DNA of 58,322 nucleotides, from IMG/VR virus record IMGVR_UViG_3300034069_001746. The stretch is one strand, 5' to 3'. A model generated the notes under the pieces. That model worked only from the letters and a program-made list of their open reading frames with translations, had not been told where the DNA came from and searched no databases. This DNA is from a virus. Shown piece by piece: positions 10,293 to 21,020 of the stretch; the first letter of the stretch is position 1, and every line of letters starts with the position of its first letter. The position numbers were made by a program, and so were the translations under genes.

Positions 10293-12317
10293 ATGGGCAT
10301 TTTATACGATCCGCAAACATCCTTGGTGACTGATTATCGTAGTTATTTCTACGATAACAGAGATACGATGTTTACTCTCCCGTGTGTTGAGGGTAATGTT
10401 GATCTCAACGGGCGATGGATGCTTCTTAATATCACTTTGTGTCAACCTCTCATTAAACGCCATAGACCTATCAATCGCGACAAGCACCTGCATCTTCAAG
10501 GAATCTATGATGCATCGGTACATGCAAAGATTGAAACGCAGATTAGCCGAACATTAGAAGAAGTTGGTTATACCCGCGAAGAATTGGGTCATGACATTAT
10601 TACAACGGTTAATGATGTTCACAATCTTTGCTATACTCATCTTGGTAGTCATATCCGAACCATGGATATTTTCTCGATTGCTGACACCGTATTGCAAGAT
10701 GACGCCATCGACATCCTCACCATGGATTATGGTGATATCAACGATAAAAACATCAACCGCATGGAAACCGCTTTTAAAGAGCGGTGCAAACACGTCGATG
10801 ATCTCTTGATGGGATCCAGTCTTGATACCAATATCTTTCGTGCGCCCTTGTTGTGTGGTGCGTTGAAACGAAAGCAATTTCATCAATTCGTTTTCTCAGC
10901 AGGTCCTCGTAGTGACACCGATGACCAAATGTTCTTGCGTCCTGTTAGAGGCTCCTTCTTGTCAGGGCAGATGGACATTATTGATCTAGCCATTGAGAGC
11001 CGAGCAGCGTCCAAAGCAACGCACTATAACAAATCGCAAATGGCTAACACCCAGTACAACAACCGCAAGATTCATATTCAAAACAGCACGCTTTGGCATC
11101 TCTACACTGGGGACAAAGGAAATTGCGGTAGCACTGTGTACATGACCTATGCTGTTCCGATGAAAGGTTATCCTAATCGTGACAGTGATTATGCTAAACA
11201 CTTTGTCGGTAAATATCTTGTCAATGACGATGGTAGCCTTAGTGAGATCATGCGCGATGATCTTGATCTAATCCGAGGTAAAACGATTCGCATCCGTGAT
11301 GTACAGGGTTGTTTGTATACCGATGGATATTGCGAAACCTGTGGTGGAACGATCACGCGCTCTTTCTCTCGCAAAGGCAATGTGGGTTTTCTCTCCAACG
11401 TCAACACAGGTGCCCCCGTTGCCCAACAGGTTCTCTCCACCAAGCATCTAACGTCTACCACGTCTATTGAGTATCAGGTACCCTATGATCTCAATGATCT
11501 GCTAATGTCGATCAACAACGACATCTATCTACGGCCGGCCATCCGACGTAAAACGTCCGTTCTCGCTTTTGGTTTTCAGCAAAAGGATATTGATCGTATT
11601 AACGATCTTAAATATATTCTGACCGACATCAGTAGTGGTGCTTATTTCTCTGACATCAAATATATGTACACGGGACGGCTCAATGATGATGGAACCATCA
11701 CACAGCATTCCAGTCGTACATCGATGAAGGGGCAGTCCAACTCATATCCCTATCTGTCGCCTGAGGTACTAGCAGTCATCAGAGACCACCCTAAGGATAT
11801 CGTAATTCAAGGAAAAATTGCGTGGCTAGTGCTACGTAATATTGACCCGGAACGGCCTGTGATGCAATGCACGGTGGTGAACGATAGCATCAAGGCTTTT
11901 GTAGATCAGTTCAGGACGTTGGTGACGATTGATGTGGAACGTTATCGTTCCATGAACGATTTCATGCGTGATTTAACTAGACTGATTTGGGATAAGGTTG
12001 ATACGCACATCACGCATGTTTCTTGTTTAGCAAGAGCATGTATGATTACTGATCGGCGTAATTTTCATATCCCGATCATGACTGATCCTGACAACGTCAT
12101 GTTTGGTATCCTGTCACGCATTATTCCCATGCGCTCGATTGGGGGTCAATTCGCCTATCAAGGCGTTGACGTCGCAACCAACAAGAGTGTCACCTACATT
12201 ACGCCTAAACTGAGTGGTATCTTTGATGAGTTTTTGGGCTACCAGGATTCGGTAGATAAGCTTATGCACTGGCCAGTAAGTACCGGAAGTGCTGTTGAAG
12301 TAGAGTCAGTGGACTAA
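10293..12317 (+). CDS. Non-virion RNA polymerase beta'-like subunit, C-terminal part (phiKZ gp74-like)
   Basis: Bridge-helix-like ESRAASKATHYNK, Zn ligands CGST...CLYTDGYCETCG, trigger-loop-like QQVLSTKH. Confidence 0.85.
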   Translation: MGILYDPQTSLVTDYRSYFYDNRDTMFTLPCVEGNVDLNGRWMLLNITLCQPLIKRHRPINRDKHLHLQGIYDASVHAKIETQISRTLEEVGYTREELGHDIITTVNDVHNLCYTHLGSHIRTMDIFSIADTVLQDDAIDILTMDYGDINDKNINRMETAFKERCKHVDDLLMGSSLDTNIFRAPLLCGALKRKQFHQFVFSAGPRSDTDDQMFLRPVRGSFLSGQMDIIDLAIESRAASKATHYNKSQMANTQYNNRKIHIQNSTLWHLYTGDKGNCGSTVYMTYAVPMKGYPNRDSDYAKHFVGKYLVNDDGSLSEIMRDDLDLIRGKTIRIRDVQGCLYTDGYCETCGGTITRSFSRKGNVGFLSNVNTGAPVAQQVLSTKHLTSTTSIEYQVPYDLNDLLMSINNDIYLRPAIRRKTSVLAFGFQQKDIDRINDLKYILTDISSGAYFSDIKYMYTGRLNDDGTITQHSSRTSMKGQSNSYPYLSPEVLAVIRDHPKDIVIQGKIAWLVLRNIDPERPVMQCTVVNDSIKAFVDQFRTLVTIDVERYRSMNDFMRDLTRLIWDKVDTHITHVSCLARACMITDRRNFHIPIMTDPDNVMFGILSRIIPMRSIGGQFAYQGVDVATNKSVTYITPKLSGIFDEFLGYQDSVDKLMHWPVSTGSAVEVESVD

Positions 12318-12382
12318 AGATGAAAGGAGAGGATCACCAATCCTCTCCTTTTCTCTATCCTCTTAAAGGAAGTTTAAGCGCT

Positions 12383-14950
12383 ATGGCTATTACAATCTGG
12401 ACAACGGCCTTAAGCTTCCGTCTTAAGGTCAATCGTAAAGGTGAAATTATTGACACGCCGTTGTCAATTATGGAGTTCACTAACAAACTCACTCAATGGT
12501 TGTGGGATAATAAAAACCGGCGTCAAGTCCTTGGAAATGAGTATTTTAAATATGATTCCAAGAATGAGATGTGCTATTTTCCTAAGTTCGAACTCGATAA
12601 CTTTAAAGAGTTTCTCACTCGCCGTCATGTGAAATTTGACATTCAGCATTTACCTGGTGAAGAAGGCCGTCACACTAATTTCATGATGCTTCCTCACATT
12701 GGTTACAAAAATGATAAACAAAAGAACGCTATTGAGTTTTTAACTAACAATGACTCAGGTCCATTACGAGGATTAGCGCTCCAAACTGGGTTGGGCAAGC
12801 TGCAACCCTTACATTCTAAGATCCTAACTCCTGATGGTTGGGACATTATGGGGAATATGAAAGTAGGAACCAAAGTTGTTGCCTGGGACGGAACAACATC
12901 CACGGTGGTAGGTGTTTACCCACAAGGTGTTAAGGACATTTATCAAATTACGTTTGAAGATGGTCGTAAAACTGAATGCGGACTTGAGCATCTGTGGAGG
13001 GTGTATTACGTTCAGTGGAAAGAAAAATGGCGAGTTATTACTACTGAGCAAATTATTCAATATCTTACTCAGCCTACCTATCGTGCTCGGATGGGTATCC
13101 AACTTCCCTTACCACCGATAGTACCTGATGTAGATCTACCCATTGATCCTTATGCTCTTGGTGTATTGCTGGGCGATGGCACTATCACTCAACAGAGTAT
13201 ACATGTATGTAAACCAGATCAGTTTGTTAAAGATGAATTGGATAAGGTACTTTATCCTTATTACAGAACTTCTCCGTGGCATGCTGATGAAAAGTCATAC
13301 ACTATTTCAAAACTAAATGCTGAAAAATCTCTTCATTTTGTATTGGAAGATCTAGGTAGTAAGGGATGTGTTAGTCACACCAAATTTATTCCTGATGTGT
13401 ACATGAATGCTTCAGCTTCTCAAAAGCTTGCTCTTCTTCAAGGACTGATGGACACTGACGGTACCGTAAATATAACCGTTGGTAGAAATCAGACTGAAAA
13501 GATCAAAGGCAAAGGCGGCACTCTTTCTTATTGTTCTACTAGTAAACAAATGGCAGAACAAGTTCAATATCTTGTTCGTAGTCTTGGTGGTCTTGCTCGA
13601 ATCTCTATACGCAATCCTTTCTTTACTTACAAAGGAGAAAGAAAAGAAGGCAAGCGAGCTTACCAAGTCAATATTAGGTTTTCTAACCCTACTACGCTGT
13701 TTCGTCTACCACGTAAAAAAGAGCGTACATCAGATGATTATCAATACGCCGATCGCTTGCGTGCTCGTATTGTTAGTGTCGAATTAGTAGGTAAAGCTGA
13801 GGCACAGTGTATTGAAATCGATCATCCTGATCATTTATATATCACTGATAACTATATTGTTACTCACAACACGGTTTCAACCATCTGGGCTTTGCAACGA
13901 CTACATCGTCGCGCCATGATTACCATGACGTCGAGGTTAGAGCAATGGGTAAAAGAAATCGTCGCTTATACCACTCTTGAAGAAGACGATATTTACGTTA
14001 TTCAAGGCGTGGGCTCCTTGACAAAGTTATTTACCCTTATTGATCAGGATCTTAAGCCTAAAATCATTTTATCATCAACTAAAACTATCCAGCTTTATTT
14101 ACAATACGGACCAACATATCAGCACCTTCCTCATCCCACAGAAATGTGTGAAAAACTGGGTATTGGTATTTGTGCTATTGATGAGGCGCATGAGTGGTTC
14201 TACACCAATTTCCTGATTGGAATGCTACTCAATCCTGCAATCTTTATTCCCATCACCGCCACCTTTGCAGCTAATGAACCTTTTACCAAAAAGGTCTTTG
14301 ATCAGTTCTTTCCCAAAAACATCCAGTTTACTGGGGGAGAATATGAAAAATATGTCGAAGTATATGCCTATGAATATCGTAGTGGGGGGTTTCTTATCAA
14401 GCCTTACACTTATAGTGGTCCCAGGGGTTATAGTTCCCAAATCTTTGAGAAATGGTTAATGGGGAGGGGACGAAAGTTTCTTGATCCTCTTATTCAAGAT
14501 GCCATTATTCCTATTGTTCGAGAACATTACATTAACCTTGCTGAAGAAGGAGAGAAGTTTTTATTCCTTTGTTCGTCTAAAGCATTATGTGATCATCTAG
14601 AAGGAGTGTTTAGAAGAGTTTTCAAAGACAAAACCGTTAGTGTGTTCTATTCTGGTATGCCAACTACTGTACTAGAACGGTATGACATGATCTTGTCTAC
14701 GCCTGGATCTGCTGGTACGGGTCGCGACGTGAAGAAACTGAGAACATGCTTTGTGTTTGAAAGTGTCGAATCTGAAACACGTAATCTTCAATTCATTGGT
14801 CGTCTACGAGGACCCCCTTCGATGATGAATACGCCTGTCTTTACCTATCTTTATATAACTGCTATTCCTTCTCACAATCGCGTAGCGAGTGCCCGAGCGT
14901 TGCTCTATGGACCTCGAAGCGTGAAATTTATTCATCGGAGTCTGTCATGA
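12383..14950 (+). CDS. SF2 DNA helicase (phiKZ gp75-like) containing an intein
   Basis: Walker A LQTGLGK/T (split by the intein), DEAH, TAT, GTGRDV and QFIGRLR. The true start is probably ATG 12383, because 12323-12351 is a terminator-like hairpin. Confidence 0.85.
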   Translation: MAITIWTTALSFRLKVNRKGEIIDTPLSIMEFTNKLTQWLWDNKNRRQVLGNEYFKYDSKNEMCYFPKFELDNFKEFLTRRHVKFDIQHLPGEEGRHTNFMMLPHIGYKNDKQKNAIEFLTNNDSGPLRGLALQTGLGKLQPLHSKILTPDGWDIMGNMKVGTKVVAWDGTTSTVVGVYPQGVKDIYQITFEDGRKTECGLEHLWRVYYVQWKEKWRVITTEQIIQYLTQPTYRARMGIQLPLPPIVPDVDLPIDPYALGVLLGDGTITQQSIHVCKPDQFVKDELDKVLYPYYRTSPWHADEKSYTISKLNAEKSLHFVLEDLGSKGCVSHTKFIPDVYMNASASQKLALLQGLMDTDGTVNITVGRNQTEKIKGKGGTLSYCSTSKQMAEQVQYLVRSLGGLARISIRNPFFTYKGERKEGKRAYQVNIRFSNPTTLFRLPRKKERTSDDYQYADRLRARIVSVELVGKAEAQCIEIDHPDHLYITDNYIVTHNTVSTIWALQRLHRRAMITMTSRLEQWVKEIVAYTTLEEDDIYVIQGVGSLTKLFTLIDQDLKPKIILSSTKTIQLYLQYGPTYQHLPHPTEMCEKLGIGICAIDEAHEWFYTNFLIGMLLNPAIFIPITATFAANEPFTKKVFDQFFPKNIQFTGGEYEKYVEVYAYEYRSGGFLIKPYTYSGPRGYSSQIFEKWLMGRGRKFLDPLIQDAIIPIVREHYINLAEEGEKFLFLCSSKALCDHLEGVFRRVFKDKTVSVFYSGMPTTVLERYDMILSTPGSAGTGRDVKKLRTCFVFESVESETRNLQFIGRLRGPPSMMNTPVFTYLYITAIPSHNRVASARALLYGPRSVKFIHRSLS
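12800..13870 (+). mobile_element. 357-aa intein with LAGLIDADG homing endonuclease, class-3 type
   Basis: Inserted at GLGK|T. Starts LQPLHSKILTPDGW; block B CGLEHLW; LAGLIDADG motifs ALGVLLGDG and LQGLMDTDG; block F AQCIEID; ends IVTHN with +1 Thr. Confidence 0.92.
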
Positions 14951-15609
14951 ATGACACCGAATATCGATCTTCTTCATCTCTTCTTTTAGGGGAGAGTAAA
15001 AATAATCTCGTTGTCTCTGGTGACGATTTTAAGGTAATCGATCGAGAGCTAAAAATCAATGATGCTTTTCCAGGATTGGACAAGCACGAACCTACAGCTT
15101 TATTGTTGGACATCAACAATCTCTTTAAGCGTACTAGAGAAAATGGTTTTAGGCTAGATTTTGCTAGACTACATTCTCTTTTCTCTAGTCGGTGTAATTT
15201 ACGATTGGCTAGTGCTTTTTCAGCCGTTGACCTGCAAAGCGATGAAGCGTTGGGATGGGTTGACTATATGCGCAAGAAAGGCTATGAGGTTGAAACCAAG
15301 CGTCTCATGCGATACACCAACAACGAAGGAGAGGTGACCACTAAGGGCAACATGGACATTGAAATCTGTCTTGCTGCCATGGATTTGTCCCCAAGCTTTG
15401 GTCACATTATTCTGGGAACATGCGATGGTGACTTTGTTCCTCTGGTTGACCGACTCAAAAGGGGAAGTTATCGACGGGTATCTGTTCTGGGTATCACCAA
15501 TAGTAACTTAACGGGGATGAGCAGGTCGTTGATGGATGCGGCTGATCATTTCTACGACATGGCCCTTGTTAAAGACTTACTCACCTACAGAAAGCATTCC
15601 TATGAATAA
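14947..15609 (+). CDS. NYN/LabA-like (PIN-fold) domain protein
   Basis: LLDINNL, KGNMDIEI, TCDGDFVPLV, SLMDAADHF. Confidence 0.85.
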   Translation: MNDTEYRSSSSLLLGESKNNLVVSGDDFKVIDRELKINDAFPGLDKHEPTALLLDINNLFKRTRENGFRLDFARLHSLFSSRCNLRLASAFSAVDLQSDEALGWVDYMRKKGYEVETKRLMRYTNNEGEVTTKGNMDIEICLAAMDLSPSFGHIILGTCDGDFVPLVDRLKRGSYRRVSVLGITNSNLTGMSRSLMDAADHFYDMALVKDLLTYRKHSYE

Positions 15610-16627
15610 TCAAATCACCGTTAGGGATGTTATTGAATACAATGATTGTGCTGGAAAGAAATACATCAGTGTTACCTCCATGGAAGAGGATGAAATTGTT
15701 CCCAGCCGATTTCTCCTCTCCCGTAAATGGATGCCAGCTGATCATAAACTAGGTCTGTCTGCAGTAGCCCCCCTAGATGTGGTCACTGTTAATTACCATC
15801 ACATCAATGGCTTATTCAACGATCCTAGTTTGGTTGGTGAGTATGTTGAAAATCTCACCGATGTTTACACAAGAGATCCGTTATGTCGGTGTGGTCACCG
15901 TTTAGTATGTGATGGGTTTGATCTTTATTGTCCTAATACCTTGTGTGCCTTAACGCTAGCTACCAAAATCAATCGGTTGGGTAACACTGTCTTCTTTGAT
16001 TCAGAGGTACTTTCTCATGATCCCTCAACAGGGGAAGCAAGAATCAGTTTAGCGATTGGGGGTGACCCTAGCTACTCACAACCTTTCTTTATGATCACAC
16101 AAGGAATGTTTTGGGGAACCAATGTTGGTACATTGGAACATACTTTACTGACCAGAAACTTTGGATCCTTGTCTCTTGCCACATTCCTGATCCAACCTCT
16201 CTTTAAAGAGTTTTTGGAAATGTTATCGCCGCAAGATGTGTTAGATAACATTGCTTATCTAAACGTTGATCGGTTTTATGATAGCATGGATCTGATCATC
16301 AACGAACGCAACATCAACAGTCCACAACAACAGCTCTTTATGAAAAGCTTTCTGTGGTGTCTGGGTATTGAGGCCTTGTTAGAAGAACATGTTGATAAGA
16401 TGATGGTTTATGAAGCAAGCTATGGTGCTGAGCTTGATCCTTTATTAACCTATGCTTATGTGTTGTGCAACCCTGGTGTTATGATTAGTGATCTTAACAT
16501 TCATCCCCTTGAAGCTTCAGCTATTGCTAATGAAGTAAAACGACGTAGTCATGAACTTCATGACATTTTTTACCATTATACTAACGAAAACCACGACATC
16601 GTAGAACTATTTAGTCACTATATGTAA
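15602..16627 (+). CDS. Protein resembling the C-terminal part of NAD+-dependent DNA ligase (Zn finger, HhH), without an adenylation domain
   Basis: CRCG-x10-CPNTLC zinc finger and HhH-like FLWCLGIEAL; start probably ATG 15602. Confidence 0.4.
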   Translation: MNNQITVRDVIEYNDCAGKKYISVTSMEEDEIVPSRFLLSRKWMPADHKLGLSAVAPLDVVTVNYHHINGLFNDPSLVGEYVENLTDVYTRDPLCRCGHRLVCDGFDLYCPNTLCALTLATKINRLGNTVFFDSEVLSHDPSTGEARISLAIGGDPSYSQPFFMITQGMFWGTNVGTLEHTLLTRNFGSLSLATFLIQPLFKEFLEMLSPQDVLDNIAYLNVDRFYDSMDLIINERNINSPQQQLFMKSFLWCLGIEALLEEHVDKMMVYEASYGAELDPLLTYAYVLCNPGVMISDLNIHPLEASAIANEVKRRSHELHDIFYHYTNENHDIVELFSHYM

Positions 16628-16654
16628 GAAGGAGGCGTTAAGCCTCCTTCTTAC
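16624..16654. terminator. Bidirectional hairpin
   Basis: GTAAGAAGGAGGC-gttaa-GCCTCCTTCTTAC between convergent genes. Confidence 0.75.
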
Positions 16655-16676
16655 CCTTGGTTTCTTTTTTGTACGC

Positions 16677-16913
16677 TTAGGACAAGGAGAGCGGCTGACT
16701 TATCCGCTTTTGCAACAATCCTTTACTATCGATGTAAAAATCGGTAGGGGCTAGAAGAAAGTTCTTGGTTCGAATATGGTAGATGATGTCGTCATAATCA
16801 AAGAACACCCAGAAAGGATCACCTGCTCGCCGGGTATCAAACAACGCTCTAGTCCCACATTCATACCCCAGAACGTTTTGATCAATCTGATTGTTGATAT
16901 GAACATGAATCAT
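16677..16913 (-). CDS. Small hypothetical protein
   Basis: 78 aa, co-oriented downstream of the structural operon. Confidence 0.5.
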   Translation of the reverse strand: MIHVHINNQIDQNVLGYECGTRALFDTRRAGDPFWVFFDYDDIIYHIRTKNFLLAPTDFYIDSKGLLQKRISQPLSLS

Positions 16914-16919
16914 AATCCA

Positions 16920-18878
16920 TCACACCCTTACGCGAATGTAGCGGACAACATCAGTCATCGAATTGGTGCTAAGAGGGGTCAAATCGACGGCGTTGAGCGA
17001 TAGAGTGACATTGTTGTTACCATCACGTCCAAGCTTAGCCGATAGAGCAATAAGCTCATTAGACGCGTCTGTAAAGGTCGTGCGCCCTGATCGTGCCCCT
17101 GACATAAGAAGGGGAAGGGGGACTTCTACATCGTAAACAACAGTGCTATCTGAATAAGACTGCAACGTCACCACAACAGTTCCCACTGTGTCAATGGGGA
17201 AATATGAAGGAAGAACCGTGTTAAACAGACTAGCCGTACTAGACTGTGTTGCCAACTGACCTAACGTGACGTTGGAGCCAGAATAAACTAAATAGCCTTT
17301 CTGGAATTGAGGGGCAAACGTCAAAACTTTGGACGACGCCCCACCAGATGACCACATCGTACTACCATCAGGTAGAACAAAATTATTGTCTTGCGGAGCG
17401 GTCGGGTTGACCGTCGAGTTACCTGTAATAAACTGACCGGTTTTATCCAGCAACCAACAGCTCTCTGTGGTAGACATATCTTCCACCACCATTCGGTCAG
17501 ATAAAGCAGTGAGTGGAAGACCGATCTGGAGACACGCGCCAGAGAATGCCTGCGAAGCCTGACTCCATACAACGCGAAGCATGGGAATAACGGGGGCACT
17601 GACCGAGACATCACCAAATAGGGTATAGCCAGGATCAAATACCAAACTATCGGTTTTAACGGACACGGGTTGACGGGTCTGATTGAGGTTAACATCTACC
17701 GTAAAACCCAAAGCGATCTTTGCCCCAGGTAAGTACACGCGACCTTTGAACTGATCAGCCGTGATGATATCGGATGATCCCTGGACCTCGTAGAGTTTGG
17801 CAATGGTCCACCAGTGACAATTAGAATCAGTGGCAGCAATAGGCCTGATCACCGATGCTCCAGCTGTAGAATCGCCATAGGTAGGTGCGCCGGTAAGCAA
17901 GCTACGCACAGTGTTCTCCTGATATGTTAAACGAGCATTAAGCGCTCTAAAAGCGGGTGTTTCTGAAACAGTGGATGAAGTAATAAACACATTGTCGCTA
18001 AGGAAAGATTTGATGGCCAGCATTAACTTCATGGCGGCATCAACATCACTGCGCTGAACATCACCCCCTACGGCGTGATACGTGACACTGACATCACCAG
18101 TAACAGCGCCGGTAAGTAAGATGTACTGATAGATACCGCCTGTTTTTACCGTTTGACTGGTGAGAGGTGAGAGAATAATGGGAAGATAATCTGTGTTACA
18201 GTTTAAAGGATTCCCGTTATAACTAAGGACCAATCCGTCAGCAAAGAATGCGCCTTGAGTGAGACGCAACACTTTTCCTCCAGCCACCGTATTAACTGGG
18301 ATCACTTCACCTGTAATAACATTGCCCGCTAATGTTCCATTGATATCAAAAGGTAGCAGTGCCGGAGGAGCATCATTGGGGGCAAGTGGAGAACTCACCT
18401 GAGCGAGTTGCTGACGTGCATCAGCTAAGCCTGAAATCAATCCTTTCATGACATCAGGGGTGAGTTCCAGTGGACTACCATCATCAAAACCATGGGGCGT
18501 CGTTGCATAGAACATCTGAAACGACATCGCTACTTTAACTTTAAGCGCTTTAGTCGTTGAGATCACCGTGACCGATTTAACAAGAGTGTCGGTGAAATTA
18601 GGGTTTTCCAAAAACGCTCTAGACATGGCGAGTTCGTCGATGTCGTCAGGGTTAACCTTCCAATCGACATCTTGTACTAGCGGTGTGCTCAGTCCATCGG
18701 TGGTGACAATACGTAACGATGATGTAAAGATAGGCGATGGGGGAAAATAAAGCTTTTGACCGTTTTTGAAAATAAAGGTTGGAAAATTAGAAAGATGGTA
18801 ATCGGGATTTTGTCCAGTAATATCGGGCTGATAGTACTGTGTCATAAAGGAGGGTCCTTCCTTTGAAAAAGTAAACAA
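16920..18878 (-). CDS. Virion structural protein (tail/baseplate-associated)
   Basis: N-terminal PDITGQNPDY and FDINGTLAGNVITGE repeats typical of phiKZ-like virion proteins; beta-rich composition. Confidence 0.55.
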   Translation of the reverse strand: MFTFSKEGPSFMTQYYQPDITGQNPDYHLSNFPTFIFKNGQKLYFPPSPIFTSSLRIVTTDGLSTPLVQDVDWKVNPDDIDELAMSRAFLENPNFTDTLVKSVTVISTTKALKVKVAMSFQMFYATTPHGFDDGSPLELTPDVMKGLISGLADARQQLAQVSSPLAPNDAPPALLPFDINGTLAGNVITGEVIPVNTVAGGKVLRLTQGAFFADGLVLSYNGNPLNCNTDYLPIILSPLTSQTVKTGGIYQYILLTGAVTGDVSVTYHAVGGDVQRSDVDAAMKLMLAIKSFLSDNVFITSSTVSETPAFRALNARLTYQENTVRSLLTGAPTYGDSTAGASVIRPIAATDSNCHWWTIAKLYEVQGSSDIITADQFKGRVYLPGAKIALGFTVDVNLNQTRQPVSVKTDSLVFDPGYTLFGDVSVSAPVIPMLRVVWSQASQAFSGACLQIGLPLTALSDRMVVEDMSTTESCWLLDKTGQFITGNSTVNPTAPQDNNFVLPDGSTMWSSGGASSKVLTFAPQFQKGYLVYSGSNVTLGQLATQSSTASLFNTVLPSYFPIDTVGTVVVTLQSYSDSTVVYDVEVPLPLLMSGARSGRTTFTDASNELIALSAKLGRDGNNNVTLSLNAVDLTPLSTNSMTDVVRYIRVRV

Positions 18879-18904
18879 GGAGGAAGCCTTGTTGATGTGA
18901 TTGA

Positions 18905-19513
18905 CTATGAAGACAATTGCTTGATCAGTGCTTCATAAGCGTTAATCTTTGCCGCAAGGACAGCATTATCATCTTGTGCTTGTTTGAGCTGAAGACTCAA
19001 AGGAATAAGTGCATGAATCGATGCTTGTCTGGTTGCCTCTAAGGTTTGGTATTGGGTGTCCGTCAAATACACTTTGTTTTGAGTGTTCGTCATCACGAGC
19101 AAAGGATCGGTGATACCGAGACTTGCCTGAATCAAATCTTTGAGCTGATCAAGAAGCGGGTAGATCCTTTGGGTGTTTTGATGAACGCCCAAATTCATGG
19201 TAGCCATCAAGGGCACAAACTCTCTCACCGTGGGATCAGGAATCGTTTGAAAAATAGACTCCGGGACGTAATAAACGGTTAAGGGAGTTGATACTGATTC
19301 CAACACCAAGACCTTATCATTGAGGTAACTTGGATAATCAGTATTAAAGTCAGCTTGACCCAGTCCTGCTGGTGTGTAAAGATACGTTATAAAATCTGTG
19401 TTTGATGCAACAGCATCAGCAAAACTGGTTTCTGCGCGAACCCTGTACACTCCGTTCAAAGGAGAGAATTTAGTTATAAAGGTAAATAAACAGGTGGAAC
19501 TAACCTCAACCAT
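18905..19513 (-). CDS. Probable virion structural protein
   Basis: Within the structural operon; C-terminal coiled coil. Confidence 0.5.
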   Translation of the reverse strand: MVEVSSTCLFTFITKFSPLNGVYRVRAETSFADAVASNTDFITYLYTPAGLGQADFNTDYPSYLNDKVLVLESVSTPLTVYYVPESIFQTIPDPTVREFVPLMATMNLGVHQNTQRIYPLLDQLKDLIQASLGITDPLLVMTNTQNKVYLTDTQYQTLEATRQASIHALIPLSLQLKQAQDDNAVLAAKINAYEALIKQLSS

Positions 19514-20955
19514 TACTGGGTGCTCCCCAGAATATCAGCGTAGCACGCACTGGTAATGACGCATACTTCATAATCACCCATGGTGAAGATGTAGAAGGTT
19601 AATTGACCTTCCGTGTTAGGCGTATAAACACCAGGTGGTTGTGCTCCTGCATCAATCGCTAACATCTGATTGAGATTACGGGCAAACAACTGAGTTAAAG
19701 GAAGCATGTAATTGAATTGATCGTCGGTGGGAGAATAATCCTGATAGTCTCCAATCAACGTACTAAGATGACTAATAGCAACGGTACCCGACAGATCAGG
19801 GATCACCGAGGCCGTCATGCGGTTATAGTAGACCCCGATAACATCCACATAGTCAGATACATCCCCATAGCCAAGTGGGGTCATGATCTTGTTGGTTAAT
19901 TCAGCATAACTACTAAGAGGGGCAATACGGGGGAAAATAACCTGATCAGGTTTTGTGTAGGTTTGACTATACAAAGGGATTACATAAAAACGCCCGGAGA
20001 CAAACACGCCAGGAATTCTCGCTTTCCAACTAGGGGCGTCTCCTACACCACTGCCCAGCAACGCTGTTTTAATGGCATTACGGATCTCAAACTGTGTTGG
20101 AGCACGTCCTTTGTATAAAAGATTGAACGGTACTGAAGTTGTAGCACTACCATCGGTGATGATGGCTTTGTATTCCACCACCCCTGACACAGACACACTA
20201 CCTAGTAGCGCTGCTGTAGTGCTGTAATTAAGTTCCGCTGTTACTGTTGCTGTAGCAAAGATATTGGCGGTGGTAGTCACCAATGGTGCACTAAAGATCT
20301 GACTAAAGGGGAGAGGATTAATGACTTGGACAATGGTGGAATAATTGTATTGTGCTAGCCATGCAGCAACCGAGGTATAAAGCTTAAGAGCAAATGTGGT
20401 CTGGGTTGATCCTGTTGGTAGCGTGATAGAAAATGTAATATAGGAAGGTACGGTTACCTGCAGGCTTGCCCCATTGGTAATGTACACAGCGTCGGTCAAT
20501 AGCGTTGTTGACTGCGCAAAAGATCCTGGTTGATAAATAGCCGCAATATCAGCATCAGCTAACAGGCTAGCTTCTTTAGCAGCATGCGATGCGGTTGGCT
20601 GATAATAAAACAACAGTAAATCAATAAGCTTAAAAAATCCAGCAGGAGCTGAGTTACTAAGACCATTGATGGTGGACACAAACATTGGAAAAACGGTTTC
20701 ATCGATCACTAAATGAGGTGATGAAACCGCTGGCCAATTAACCGTTCGGCTAGCAGGTGATCGTTTGTCATCGAACACGGCAGGTTTGTTAAAATACGAC
20801 AAAGCCTTGATTGTCAAGGCACCAACATTGATACCATCATCAACATAAATGTCATTGATGTTCTTGCTGGTGTTGACAAAAGCATTGTCGGTAACAAATC
20901 CTTCAATGGTAACACTCTGGTCATTACCAGACATTGGGTGTATTCCTTTGGTCAA
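19513..20955 (-). CDS. Probable virion structural protein
   Basis: 480 aa, coupled to the downstream gene; W-x-x-R-I-P-G-V-F motif. Confidence 0.5.
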   Translation of the reverse strand: MTKGIHPMSGNDQSVTIEGFVTDNAFVNTSKNINDIYVDDGINVGALTIKALSYFNKPAVFDDKRSPASRTVNWPAVSSPHLVIDETVFPMFVSTINGLSNSAPAGFFKLIDLLLFYYQPTASHAAKEASLLADADIAAIYQPGSFAQSTTLLTDAVYITNGASLQVTVPSYITFSITLPTGSTQTTFALKLYTSVAAWLAQYNYSTIVQVINPLPFSQIFSAPLVTTTANIFATATVTAELNYSTTAALLGSVSVSGVVEYKAIITDGSATTSVPFNLLYKGRAPTQFEIRNAIKTALLGSGVGDAPSWKARIPGVFVSGRFYVIPLYSQTYTKPDQVIFPRIAPLSSYAELTNKIMTPLGYGDVSDYVDVIGVYYNRMTASVIPDLSGTVAISHLSTLIGDYQDYSPTDDQFNYMLPLTQLFARNLNQMLAIDAGAQPPGVYTPNTEGQLTFYIFTMGDYEVCVITSACYADILGSTQ

Positions 20956-21020
20956 AGGGGGAATAGTTTATATCCCCATGGCTTCATACGATATGACTCA
21001 TTTTCACAACAGAAGAGGGC

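Noticed and set aside
12320-12382. Helicase start at 12320
   Set aside because: This segment overlaps a terminator-like hairpin; ATG 12383 has an upstream AAGGA.
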